A stretch of 32,000 bases of DNA from Kiritimatiella glycovorans (GTDB taxonomy: Bacteria > Verrucomicrobiota > Kiritimatiellia > Kiritimatiellales > Kiritimatiellaceae). Of this stretch, positions 1 through 7,285 are shown in pieces. The notes beneath the pieces are model-generated. The model saw only the letters and a program-made list of their open reading frames with translations. It did not search any database and had not been told where the DNA came from. The stretch's first letter is position 1. Each line of letters begins with the position of its first letter. A program made the translations under genes and the position numbers. The stretch lies in assembly GCF_001017655.1 (NCBI RefSeq), contig NZ_CP010904.1, forward strand, positions 1,650,001-1,682,000. Reading direction: 5' to 3'.

Positions 1-479
1 AGGCCGGTTTTCGGCGCGCCGCGCTCATAGCGCTGGTGGTAGACGGTGCCGTCGCGGCGCACTTCCACCTCGAGCCATTCGCTGAGGGCGTTGACGCACG
101 AGACGCCGACGCCGTGCAGCCCGCCCGAGACCTTGTAGCTGCTGTTGTCGAACTTGCCGCCCGCGTGCAGGGTGGTCAGGACGACCTCGACCGCGGGTTT
201 GCCTTCCGTGGCGTGCATGTCCACGGGAATGCCGCGGCCGTCGTCGTTGATGGCGATCGATCCGTCGGCATGGATGATCACCTGGATCCGGCTGCAATGT
301 CCCGCCAGCGCCTCGTCGATGCTGTTGTCGACGACCTCGTACACGCAGTGATGAACGCCCCGTTCACCGGTATCCCCGATGTACATGGCCGGCCGCTTGC
401 GCACCGCCTCGATGCCCTCGAGCACGGTAATCTGCGTGGCGTCATACGCCCCCGACGCGGGCTGCGGTTCGTTCGTCAT
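1..479 (-). CDS. gyrB: DNA gyrase subunit B, N-terminal part (gene runs off the left edge)
   Basis: Absent from the ORF track because there is no stop in the window. My reverse-complement translation from ATG at 477-479 reads [62 protein letters not shown]...[22 protein letters not shown]. This is the canonical GHKL ATPase N-terminus of GyrB. ParE is not fully excluded. Confidence 0.9.
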   Translation of the reverse strand, partial: MTNEPQPASGAYDATQITVLEGIEAVRKRPAMYIGDTGERGVHHCVYEVVDNSIDEALAGHCSRIQVIIHADGSIAINDDGRGIPVDMHATEGKPAVEVVLTTLHAGGKFDNSSYKVSGGLHGVGVSCVNALSEWLEVEVRRDGTVYHQRYERGAPKTG

Positions 480-616
480 TTCGGTCTCCGGGTTGGGTCT
501 GTTATAAACGGGTGATTGTAGCGCAAAGTACGCAGCCGGGGCAACACGCGAGTGCGCGGAATGACCCGCTTTTCAGCGGAATAACCGGAACGGGAACGGT
601 CCCGCTGTGAATCCCC

Positions 617-645
617 TTGAACCCCGCTCCCCGATGCGGTATGCG
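617..645 (+). promoter_or_regulatory. Possible sigma70-like promoter for tRNA-Leu (TTGAAC-N17-TATGCG)
   Basis: TTGAAC at 617-622, a 17-nt spacer, then TATGCG at 640-645, about 20 nt upstream of the mature tRNA 5' end. The -10 box is weak. Confidence 0.25.
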
Positions 646-664
646 ATGCATTCCCCCAGTAAAG

Positions 665-751
665 GCCGGAGTGGCGGAATCGGTAGACGCACTGGACTCA
701 AAATCCAGCGGTAGCAATACCGTGAGGGTTCAAATCCCTCCTCCGGCACCA
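665..751 (+). tRNA. tRNA-Leu (anticodon CAA), class II with long variable arm, CCA encoded
   Basis: Acceptor GCCGGAG/CTCCGGC, D-arm GCGGAATCGGTAGACGC, and anticodon stem CTGGA/TCCAG with loop CTCAAAA. Variable arm CGGTAGCAATACCGTG, T-arm GAGGGTTCAAATCCCTC, then ACCA. It closely resembles E. coli tRNA-Leu architecture. Confidence 0.95.
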
Positions 752-811
752 TTCGTCCCCAGGGGTCACGTCCCCCACAGGTAGAGCACGGGGGTTACGC
801 CGCACGTTTAA

Positions 812-1061
812 CACGTGTCAACGGCGCCGCGCGCCTCGGGTCACGATTTCGACGAGTCCTGCTGCCCTGCCGTACGGCAGGACGTTTCCACGATGATTTC
901 TCCCCGCCTTCCCGCGCGGGGATGGGGATTCACCACAGAGATAACGGCCCTGACCCTGCTTCGCAGGCCTGCGGGCCTAATACGAGCGTAAGAGAGAACG
1001 CACGATCTCTTTGCCTTCGCTCTTCGCATTCATCTTTGCGATCCCGGCGCCTTGGCGAGAG
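812..1061 (-). repeat. MITE-like repeat, copy 1 (about 250 nt; best-conserved core 968-1061)
   Basis: The reverse complement of 968-1061 matches 11334-11427 at 85/94 positions in my hand alignment. Similarity is patchier further left and includes a shared CCTGCC-loop-GGCAGG hairpin at 877-892. A degenerate inverted copy of the terminus lies around 818-848. Confidence 0.6.
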
Positions 1062-1081
1062 ACCTTTCTTGTGTTTTCGAC

Positions 1082-1142
1082 CACGGATTACACCGATGAC
1101 ACGGATGGGATCTCGAAATCCGAATCGAAGTCGAAATCGGGA
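1082..1142. repeat. Tandem arrays: 9-mer CACSGATNN x3 followed by hexamer TCGAAN x5
   Basis: CACGGAT at 1082, CACCGAT at 1091 and CACGGAT at 1100 give a period of 9. TCGAAA, TCCGAA, TCGAAG, TCGAAA and TCGGGA run from 1113 to 1142 with a period of 6. Confidence 0.7.
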
Positions 1143-1156
1143 TTCATAGAGATCGT

Positions 1157-1228
1157 AATTCGTACTCGAGTTCCTTGAACCGGGGGAGCGGGATCGCGCC
1201 TTCGGCGCTCCGAGTACGAGTACGAATT
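1157..1228 (+). repeat. Hexamer-armed hairpin element, copy A (short form)
   Basis: AATTCGTACTCGAG, a variable loop, GGATC, GCGCCTTCGGCGC, then TCCGAGTACGAGTACGAATT. It has the same core and orientation as copy C, and its arms are inverted GTACGA/TCGTAC units. Confidence 0.75.
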
Positions 1229-1284
1229 GTGTTCACCCCTTCATGCGATTCATGGCCTTCATGGTGAATCTCATTCTTTCCCCA
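1229..1284 (-). repeat. CATGAAGGN 9-mer array module plus GGTGAACA, copy 1 (three units)
   Basis: TTCATG at 1240, 1249 and 1258 gives a period of 9. The reverse complement reads GATTCACCATGAAGGCCATGAATCGCATGAAGGGGTGAACACAATTCGTAC, matching the modules at 13021 and 20522. Confidence 0.75.
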
Positions 1285-1435
1285 CGATCGCGATTCTACG
1301 CTCTCCCTGATCTTCCGCACCCCGCCCTTTCCCCCGAACGACTTTCCATAAAAATCCACGAAGAACCCAAAATATACGTAGAGTCCGCTTTTTGTGAAAA
1401 CTCGTCAGGGAAGAGGCGGGATGCGGGCCATCATA

Positions 1436-2059
1436 TCATGATGCGTCTGCTTTGGTTGCGGTTACCCACAGGAACGTCTCGCCGCCTATCGCGCGGAAGG
1501 TAAGCTCGTTCACGACAAAGCCGATCTCCTGAAGTCGACGCTTCAGTTCCTCCGGCGTACGATGGCTGTAGAATAGCCGCTCGCCCATGAACTCCTTCCA
1601 CCCCGAAAACGTCTCCTCCCCCGTGTACTCCCGGGTCGCGTAAGTAAAAAGCAGCTTCCCGCCGGGCCGCAGCCAGTTGAAGATGTTCGCGAGCAGCGCG
1701 AACTGATCGTCGGCCGGAATATGAAACAGGCTGTAGACGCACGTCACCGCATCGAAGATCCCGTCGCCATACTTCAGCTTCCGCATATCCTCGCAAACGA
1801 GCTGCATTTCGGGCACGTAATTCCGTGCGAGGTCGAGCATTTCCGGGCAGCCATCCACTCCGCTCACTTCCCATCCGCGATCGACGAACCAGCGCGCGAA
1901 AGGTTCGCCGGCGCCGCACCCGAGGTCCAGCAGTGTACCGTGTCTCGTGTCCAGTCGGCGGTAGAAAGATTCCAGCACCTCCGTCATGTCGAATGCGCCG
2001 CGGTTGCGATCGTAATCCCCGGCCAGTCGAGCATAGGCCTTGCGCATATCCCCATCCAT
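1436..2059 (-). CDS. Class I SAM-dependent methyltransferase
   Basis: Motif I LLDLGCGAGE, followed by FDAVTCVYSLFHI and LRPGGKLLFTY. I chose the ATG at 2059 because AGGAGG lies 8 nt upstream. The track ORF extends to 2194. Confidence 0.85.
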   Translation of the reverse strand: MDGDMRKAYARLAGDYDRNRGAFDMTEVLESFYRRLDTRHGTLLDLGCGAGEPFARWFVDRGWEVSGVDGCPEMLDLARNYVPEMQLVCEDMRKLKYGDGIFDAVTCVYSLFHIPADDQFALLANIFNWLRPGGKLLFTYATREYTGEETFSGWKEFMGERLFYSHRTPEELKRRLQEIGFVVNELTFRAIGGETFLWVTATKADAS

Positions 2060-2158
2060 GTCCGTCTCCTCCTGTGTGCCTGCGACAGCACATCTTATCA
2101 AAGAAGTGAAGCAGCCACATACGTAATGCTCCGGCATGCGACCTTTCATCGGCCCATC

Positions 2159-2182
2159 CCAGTTCCGACCGGTTGGAACTGG
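2159..2182. promoter_or_regulatory. Near-perfect 24-nt palindrome (operator-like) overlapping a putative -35 box
   Basis: CCAGTTCC-GACCGGTT-GGAACTGG has perfect 8-bp arms. It sits in the divergent region between the methyltransferase and the membrane-protein gene. Confidence 0.3.
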
Positions 2183-2200
2183 AATTACGGCCACGATTAT
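2173..2200 (+). promoter_or_regulatory. Possible promoter TTGGAA-N16-GATTAT for the 2252 gene
   Basis: Hexamers read directly from the sequence. They lie about 50 nt upstream of the ATG at 2252. Confidence 0.3.
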
Positions 2201-2251
2201 GCTTATGGTTTACGCGGCTTTGGCAGCGCCACAATAAACACGGAGGTTCCC

Positions 2252-2671
2252 ATGCCCTTTATTCCACTTCTCGGCATCACGTTCCTGATCTCGTTCGCGG
2301 TCTGTTTTGTGGTGGTCAGGATGTTCCGCACGCCGATCGAGTCGATCCTTCATCGCATCATCGCGGACACCATCAGCCGCGCGTGGGCAAAGTACCTCCG
2401 GTTCGCCATTTACGTGACGGGGATTTCCAGCGGCGTCAACCTCCGCAAAATCGAGCAGTATGTCACGGCGCCGCAATACAAAGATGCCAAGATCGTGGAG
2501 TTGACGTCTTCGCGCTGGGTGCTGGAGATTTACCGCACGATTATCCAGACGCTGCAGGGTATCGCGTGGATGCTGCTGGTCTTCTTTGTCTTCGCGTTGA
2601 TCGCGTTTGTAATCGTGCGGGTTTTCGAGCTGGCCCGCAGACAGCGCGCCGGGGACGGGAACGGGGAATAG
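2252..2671 (+). CDS. Small hypothetical membrane protein (two predicted TM helices)
   Basis: ATG at 2252 is preceded by GGAGG at 2242-2246. Hydrophobic N-terminal stretch MPFIPLLGITFLISFAVCFVVV and C-terminal stretch IAWMLLVFFVFALIAFVIV. I recognise no family. Confidence 0.55.
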   Translation: MPFIPLLGITFLISFAVCFVVVRMFRTPIESILHRIIADTISRAWAKYLRFAIYVTGISSGVNLRKIEQYVTAPQYKDAKIVELTSSRWVLEIYRTIIQTLQGIAWMLLVFFVFALIAFVIVRVFELARRQRAGDGNGE

Positions 2672-2685
2672 AGCAACAGACGGGC

Positions 2686-5103
2686 TCAGTCCTCTTCCAC
2701 CGCCAGATCGTCGATCAGGACGTCGACTTCCGCGCTGTTGTAACTGTGAATCCAGATTCGCGCATACGCGGCGTCCCCTTCGCCCTCGAAAGAAAAGGAG
2801 AAAGGTTCCCATTCGTCCGAGGGCGAGAGCGCCCCGAGGGCTCCCTCTTTCCTGAGGTCGGACATCATTTCTCCGTCCGCGTCGTAATAACGAACGTAAA
2901 CACCCAGCCCTTCTCCCTCCAGGTGCCTGGCGATGCCGCGGAGTTCGTAATCCTGTTTGGGGCGCACGGGAAAAAGCGGCGAATAGATGCTTGACCCGTC
3001 ATTCTCGCGCCGGTCGCGGACACGCAGCGACCAGGTCCCCTCGCCTGCATCCTTTTTCACGATTGTCCCCATACCCTCGTCCAGAATACTCCACCCGACC
3101 GCCCTCAGTTCAAAATTCCCGTTGGGCAGCAATCCGTTGCTTTCCACAAAATCGGTCAGCTCTGCGGGCTGGATGCGCACGGTGACCACCGCTTCTTCAA
3201 CCGGCTCCTCAAGTCTGATCCCCAGTCGTCTCAGGGGGCCGGGAACTTTATGGTCCTCCTCGATCCGTTGTTTCCGGGTTGTGAAAGGAAGTCCGCCCGC
3301 ATCGATCCGGACGCGGAGCAGCGAATCCTCGTGGACCAACACGAAATCTCCCGCCGCCTGATCGATTTTCCGTCCCTGAAAGATCACGGCGGTTTCGAAA
3401 TGGTCGGGCACCGCGAACTCGACATGATCGCTCACCGTGAAGGCACCCTTCCCGGTACGATCCAGTATGAACGTGCGCTCGAGCGTTTCGAGCGATTCCG
3501 CCGCGTAGGCCGCGGTCATATCCACGATGAGCGTATCCCGTTCATCTGTGAAATCGCTCCGGACCACACGTCCTGCGGCCTTGCGTCCCCGGCGCTGCAG
3601 CTGCCCCGCAACCACCGGCACCGGGTGGCCGAAGGAGTTGAGTACAGCACTCACGTATCGCTGTTGACTGAAGGTGCGTGCGGTGTAGACCTCCGGCCCC
3701 GGATCGAGCAGCACAGGGCGGTCCTCCACGACCACGATATATGAACCGACGTCGTTGTGGTTGTGATGTTCGGCGTTGTGACCGCCCTTGACGGCGACTC
3801 CGAAGGGTGTGTCCGCTACACGGCTGATCAGCACGCCCGAGGCCTCGAACCACGTCCGCAGGGGATCGAGCTGGACCTGCCCGTCCGCTCCGGCAACCGG
3901 AGCTTCGCTCCATTTTTCGGGAAACGCAAACATCAGGGTTTCCGCCAGCGGCCCCAGCACCGCCGTGCCGGACCCTCTTCCTTCGTCTCCATCCTGTTCA
4001 TCCGTTTCTTCGGCCGTGTCCGCTTCAAACCACTGCATCCTCGACCTGATATAACGGACATAGTGCGCCGCGGGCTTCGCCGCCACACCGCAGTCGGCAA
4101 AGGCGGGATAAACTCCGCCGCTGATCTCCAGTCCCAAGGGGAATGCCGCCGCCTCGCGCACGCCGTGCATAGCGAAAAAATCAACCCCGGACTCCGTGAC
4201 CTGACGCACCGATTCCGTGAGGAGGATGAAATGACCGAACCCGTAGTTCCAGTATCCGAGCCCCTCCGAGCAGTAGCCGTCCTCGCCGAACCCGCCCAGA
4301 AAGTGACGAAGGTTTTCCTCGGCGGCGGCGATATACGCGGCCCTGCGTCCGCGATCCGGTTCCAGTGCCAGTGCCGCGCCGACCACTCCGGCGTGACAGA
4401 CAGCATTCCAGTTGTTGGCTCCGTCGATCCACCAGTTGCCGTGTTTACCCGCGTCCCCGAGCGAACGGGCGAAGGGGTCCAGCACCCGGCGGCGCACTTC
4501 TTCGCCAATCAGCTCACGCACGTCCGTTGCAAGGTTACGGTTCAACAGATAATCCGTCATGGCGAGATCCCAGGCGATCGACGAGGAGCGCAGGTCTATC
4601 GTTACCGACTCGCCCTCGAAGTTCTTCAACGACCGGTCATGCGCGGGCATCACCCATGTTTTTGTGGCACAGATTGAGCGGATGAGATCCTCGAGCGGTT
4701 CGAGGAACAGCCCGTCATCCCTGATGCACTCCGCCAGCACGAGGGTGCGCAGCCGGCTGCGGCGCCGGTTGGCGACGACTTCCCACTCGGCCCGGCTGCC
4801 GGTCTCTGAGAACTCGAGGTAGAGTTCGTCCGTGAGTTCGGGAATGGGCCTGGAAGCCATGGCCTTTGCCCTGTCGACCGTCGCGGCAAACGCCTTTTGA
4901 CGTGCAAGCCCGTTCCAGGCACGACGGTCGGAGATCGACGGCCCCACGCCGACGGGCCTTTCCGGAAGCATCCGCGCGATTTCCTCTACCCGCGCCCGAT
5001 CGGGCATCGCCGGGGAGGATGCGACGAGAAGCATCCCCGCCAGGGCCGCCGCCGGAATACGCTGCAGCGGGCAGACCCTGCAATCGCGAACTGAGATCCG
5101 CAT
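2686..5103 (-). CDS. Secreted heparinase II/III-like (polysaccharide lyase-like) protein with C-terminal CBM4/9-like carbohydrate-binding domain
   Basis: Signal-peptide-like N-terminus. NWNAVCHAGVVGAALAL fits an alpha/alpha toroid. GGHNAEHHNHNDVGSYIVV...LLDPG is the heparinase II/III hallmark. The C-terminal NGNFE...GW...YELRG...IDDL pattern fits a CBM. The ATG at 5103 was chosen as start. Confidence 0.8.
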   Translation of the reverse strand: MRISVRDCRVCPLQRIPAAALAGMLLVASSPAMPDRARVEEIARMLPERPVGVGPSISDRRAWNGLARQKAFAATVDRAKAMASRPIPELTDELYLEFSETGSRAEWEVVANRRRSRLRTLVLAECIRDDGLFLEPLEDLIRSICATKTWVMPAHDRSLKNFEGESVTIDLRSSSIAWDLAMTDYLLNRNLATDVRELIGEEVRRRVLDPFARSLGDAGKHGNWWIDGANNWNAVCHAGVVGAALALEPDRGRRAAYIAAAEENLRHFLGGFGEDGYCSEGLGYWNYGFGHFILLTESVRQVTESGVDFFAMHGVREAAAFPLGLEISGGVYPAFADCGVAAKPAAHYVRYIRSRMQWFEADTAEETDEQDGDEGRGSGTAVLGPLAETLMFAFPEKWSEAPVAGADGQVQLDPLRTWFEASGVLISRVADTPFGVAVKGGHNAEHHNHNDVGSYIVVVEDRPVLLDPGPEVYTARTFSQQRYVSAVLNSFGHPVPVVAGQLQRRGRKAAGRVVRSDFTDERDTLIVDMTAAYAAESLETLERTFILDRTGKGAFTVSDHVEFAVPDHFETAVIFQGRKIDQAAGDFVLVHEDSLLRVRIDAGGLPFTTRKQRIEEDHKVPGPLRRLGIRLEEPVEEAVVTVRIQPAELTDFVESNGLLPNGNFELRAVGWSILDEGMGTIVKKDAGEGTWSLRVRDRRENDGSSIYSPLFPVRPKQDYELRGIARHLEGEGLGVYVRYYDADGEMMSDLRKEGALGALSPSDEWEPFSFSFEGEGDAAYARIWIHSYNSAEVDVLIDDLAVEED

Positions 5104-5176
5104 CAACACCCCTTCTTTTCCCCGATCGTGCGCCTGTCCCGGATCGATCTATGCGCGCATACAGTCGCGCCGCCCG

Positions 5177-7075
5177 TCACTCATCGACGATGATCGGATC
5201 GGACTCGATCATCTCGATATAGTCGTCGACGTGGGCGCCGTCCATGCAGGCCTCGATAATGCGGCGTCCCTGCGGATCCAGCCCGTCGACCAGAAATTGT
5301 CCGAGATGTTCGTGGAAAAACTCCCGCAGCTGTGTCGCGCCGGCGTCGTAGGCCGCCTCGCCCACTTCGCGCTGTTTCTCCACGTGCAGGAACCACGAGC
5401 CGATGGTCTGGCCTTCGACCATCAGGTTGCGCAGGCTGTATCCCAGCAGCGGGCAGCGGGCCTCTTTCAACTGGCCGGGATAGAAGTGGAACCCCCCGCG
5501 CCGGGCGAGGTATTCGCGCGCGACCCACTGCGGCATGAAGCCGACCTTCCACGCGCCCACGTGCTGGTTCGGAATCAGGACATAGCGCGTGCGGGGCGAA
5601 TCGACCATCTGCTTGAGGAGCAGGTTGGCCTGGTCCACCCGCAGGCCGGTGGCGAACGGCCAGTACGACCCGACTCCCTCTGAGGTGAGCCCTTTGGTAT
5701 CCGTAATGCTGGGGTTGGCGTGCCCGCGCGGGGCGACCAGCCGCCACAGCCAGGCCAGCGCCGGCGGCAGCACGTGCAGCATGCCGAGGATACCGTAGGT
5801 GGGGTCCGCGCTGGTGCAGGGAGGCGTGCGCACGCCGAAGCTGCGGATGTCCACCCGTGCGGAGCCCGTGAGTACGCCGGGCACCGACTCGCGCGGAATC
5901 ACCACGCGGGGATTCGGGCACGGCACGCCCGGTTCATCCTCGACGTGGTCCCAGATCAGGGCGGTGCTGTCGGGCACGGCGCGGATGTTGAGAAACAGCT
6001 GCGGCCCCTTGGGATGGATGGTCATCTCCTCGAGATGCGGATCGGTGCCGTAGTGTTCGATGTGATTGACGCGGACGAACCAGGCGTCCTCCGCGTCGGT
6101 CACCGTAAGCCGCCCGTCGCCCGACTGGAGCGAGGGCGGACACAGCGCCATGTCGTCCGTGACCGGGCGCAGTTCGCAGGCCCGCGGCAGCACCAGGTAG
6201 CGGCGCTCGCCGTCCTCGAGATTCTCCCCCAGCAACAGCCGTCCGTCGTCCTCGCGATGCATCAGCTCGAGCATCTCCGACTTGCCGCCGCCGCTGGCCC
6301 CCTCGTGCGAAATCGTGATCTTGTTGTCGTAGGGGGTGATCACCTGCACCGTCGAACAGTGCATCGTCACCCATTCCTTCTCCTCGCCCAGCGAGATCAG
6401 CATACCGTAAACGCCCTTTTTGGCGCTCGGCCCGGGGTAGAGATTATAGCTGAACAGCTCGTACATGTCCGGCTGGCGGTTATGGACGACGACCTGTCTG
6501 CCGTCGAAGCGGGTATGGCGGAACGGCGGGGCCACATAGATGACCGCGGCCGGATTGAAGTCGTCGGTCAGGTTCTCCGGGCTGATGATCCCCTGGAGCA
6601 GCGCCAGCCCCAGGGCGAAGAAACCGGCATTGGCCGGTGCAATGACGAGCGTGTCGAGTCCGCTCCCCCGCTGCCCGGCGATAAAGGGGTACAGGGCCAG
6701 CTCCTGCGTCTTGAGCCATTCGAAGGTCTCCTCGCGCAGCGGGTCGAAGTCCTCCCCGAACCGCTCCCTGAAATGCTGCTTGTTGGTCGGCCGGTCGTCG
6801 GCGATCACCATGCACTCGGGGTCGCGGCGCCGCATGTAGGGTTCGAGGTAGTTGGCGGCGACCCCGTTGCGGGTGCGGCAGACGCGGGCCTCGGTGACCG
6901 GTCCGCGCCCGGGCACGTCGTACGAAACCTCCTGCCAGCCGTGGACGGCATCCCGCGTGGCCAGCTCCACCAGGTCCTGAACGCTGCCGGCGACCACAAA
7001 TCCGGGGCAGGCTTCCAGGATCTCGTTGACCTTCGGGGGCAGTTTGAACTTGAGGGGATGATACACTTCACGCAT
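5177..7075 (-). CDS. Uncharacterised about 630-aa protein with an HPr-kinase/PEPCK-like P-loop (resembles what I recall as the DUF4914 family)
   Basis: ISHEGASGGGKSEMLELMHRE...RPVTDDMALC parallels HprK G-x-S-G-x-GKSE...DD. The P-loop is encoded at about 6275-6301. ATG at 7075 has AAGGAG 7 nt upstream. The track ORF extends to 7129. Confidence 0.7.
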   Translation of the reverse strand: MREVYHPLKFKLPPKVNEILEACPGFVVAGSVQDLVELATRDAVHGWQEVSYDVPGRGPVTEARVCRTRNGVAANYLEPYMRRRDPECMVIADDRPTNKQHFRERFGEDFDPLREETFEWLKTQELALYPFIAGQRGSGLDTLVIAPANAGFFALGLALLQGIISPENLTDDFNPAAVIYVAPPFRHTRFDGRQVVVHNRQPDMYELFSYNLYPGPSAKKGVYGMLISLGEEKEWVTMHCSTVQVITPYDNKITISHEGASGGGKSEMLELMHREDDGRLLLGENLEDGERRYLVLPRACELRPVTDDMALCPPSLQSGDGRLTVTDAEDAWFVRVNHIEHYGTDPHLEEMTIHPKGPQLFLNIRAVPDSTALIWDHVEDEPGVPCPNPRVVIPRESVPGVLTGSARVDIRSFGVRTPPCTSADPTYGILGMLHVLPPALAWLWRLVAPRGHANPSITDTKGLTSEGVGSYWPFATGLRVDQANLLLKQMVDSPRTRYVLIPNQHVGAWKVGFMPQWVAREYLARRGGFHFYPGQLKEARCPLLGYSLRNLMVEGQTIGSWFLHVEKQREVGEAAYDAGATQLREFFHEHLGQFLVDGLDPQGRRIIEACMDGAHVDDYIEMIESDPIIVDE

Positions 7076-7285
7076 GAGAACACTCCTTTGCTGATCGGCC
7101 TCTCGTGGAGTCAGGCCGCCTATGAACACACCGACATCACGTCACCGCCCCTTCTCCCGGCCCGGATCGCCGTCCCGTCCGGAGGCCCCCCTTCAAAATC
7201 GAGCCGGAAGGCTACAGGGCCCGCGGAGAGGTGTCAAACCGATGCGCAGGGGATTCAACCGCGGACACGCATCAAAGAGACGGGC

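Noticed and set aside
36-515. 159-aa plus-strand ORF at the left edge
   Set aside because: It is antisense to the gyrB N-terminus. The gyrB frame is missing from the track only because it has no stop inside the window.
2678-2692. 15-nt exact match AGACGGGCTCAGTCC at 2678-2692 and 7278-7292, each overlapping the stop codon of a minus-strand gene
   Set aside because: About one such match is expected by chance in a window this size when both strands are considered. The flanks do not extend the similarity and there is no hairpin.
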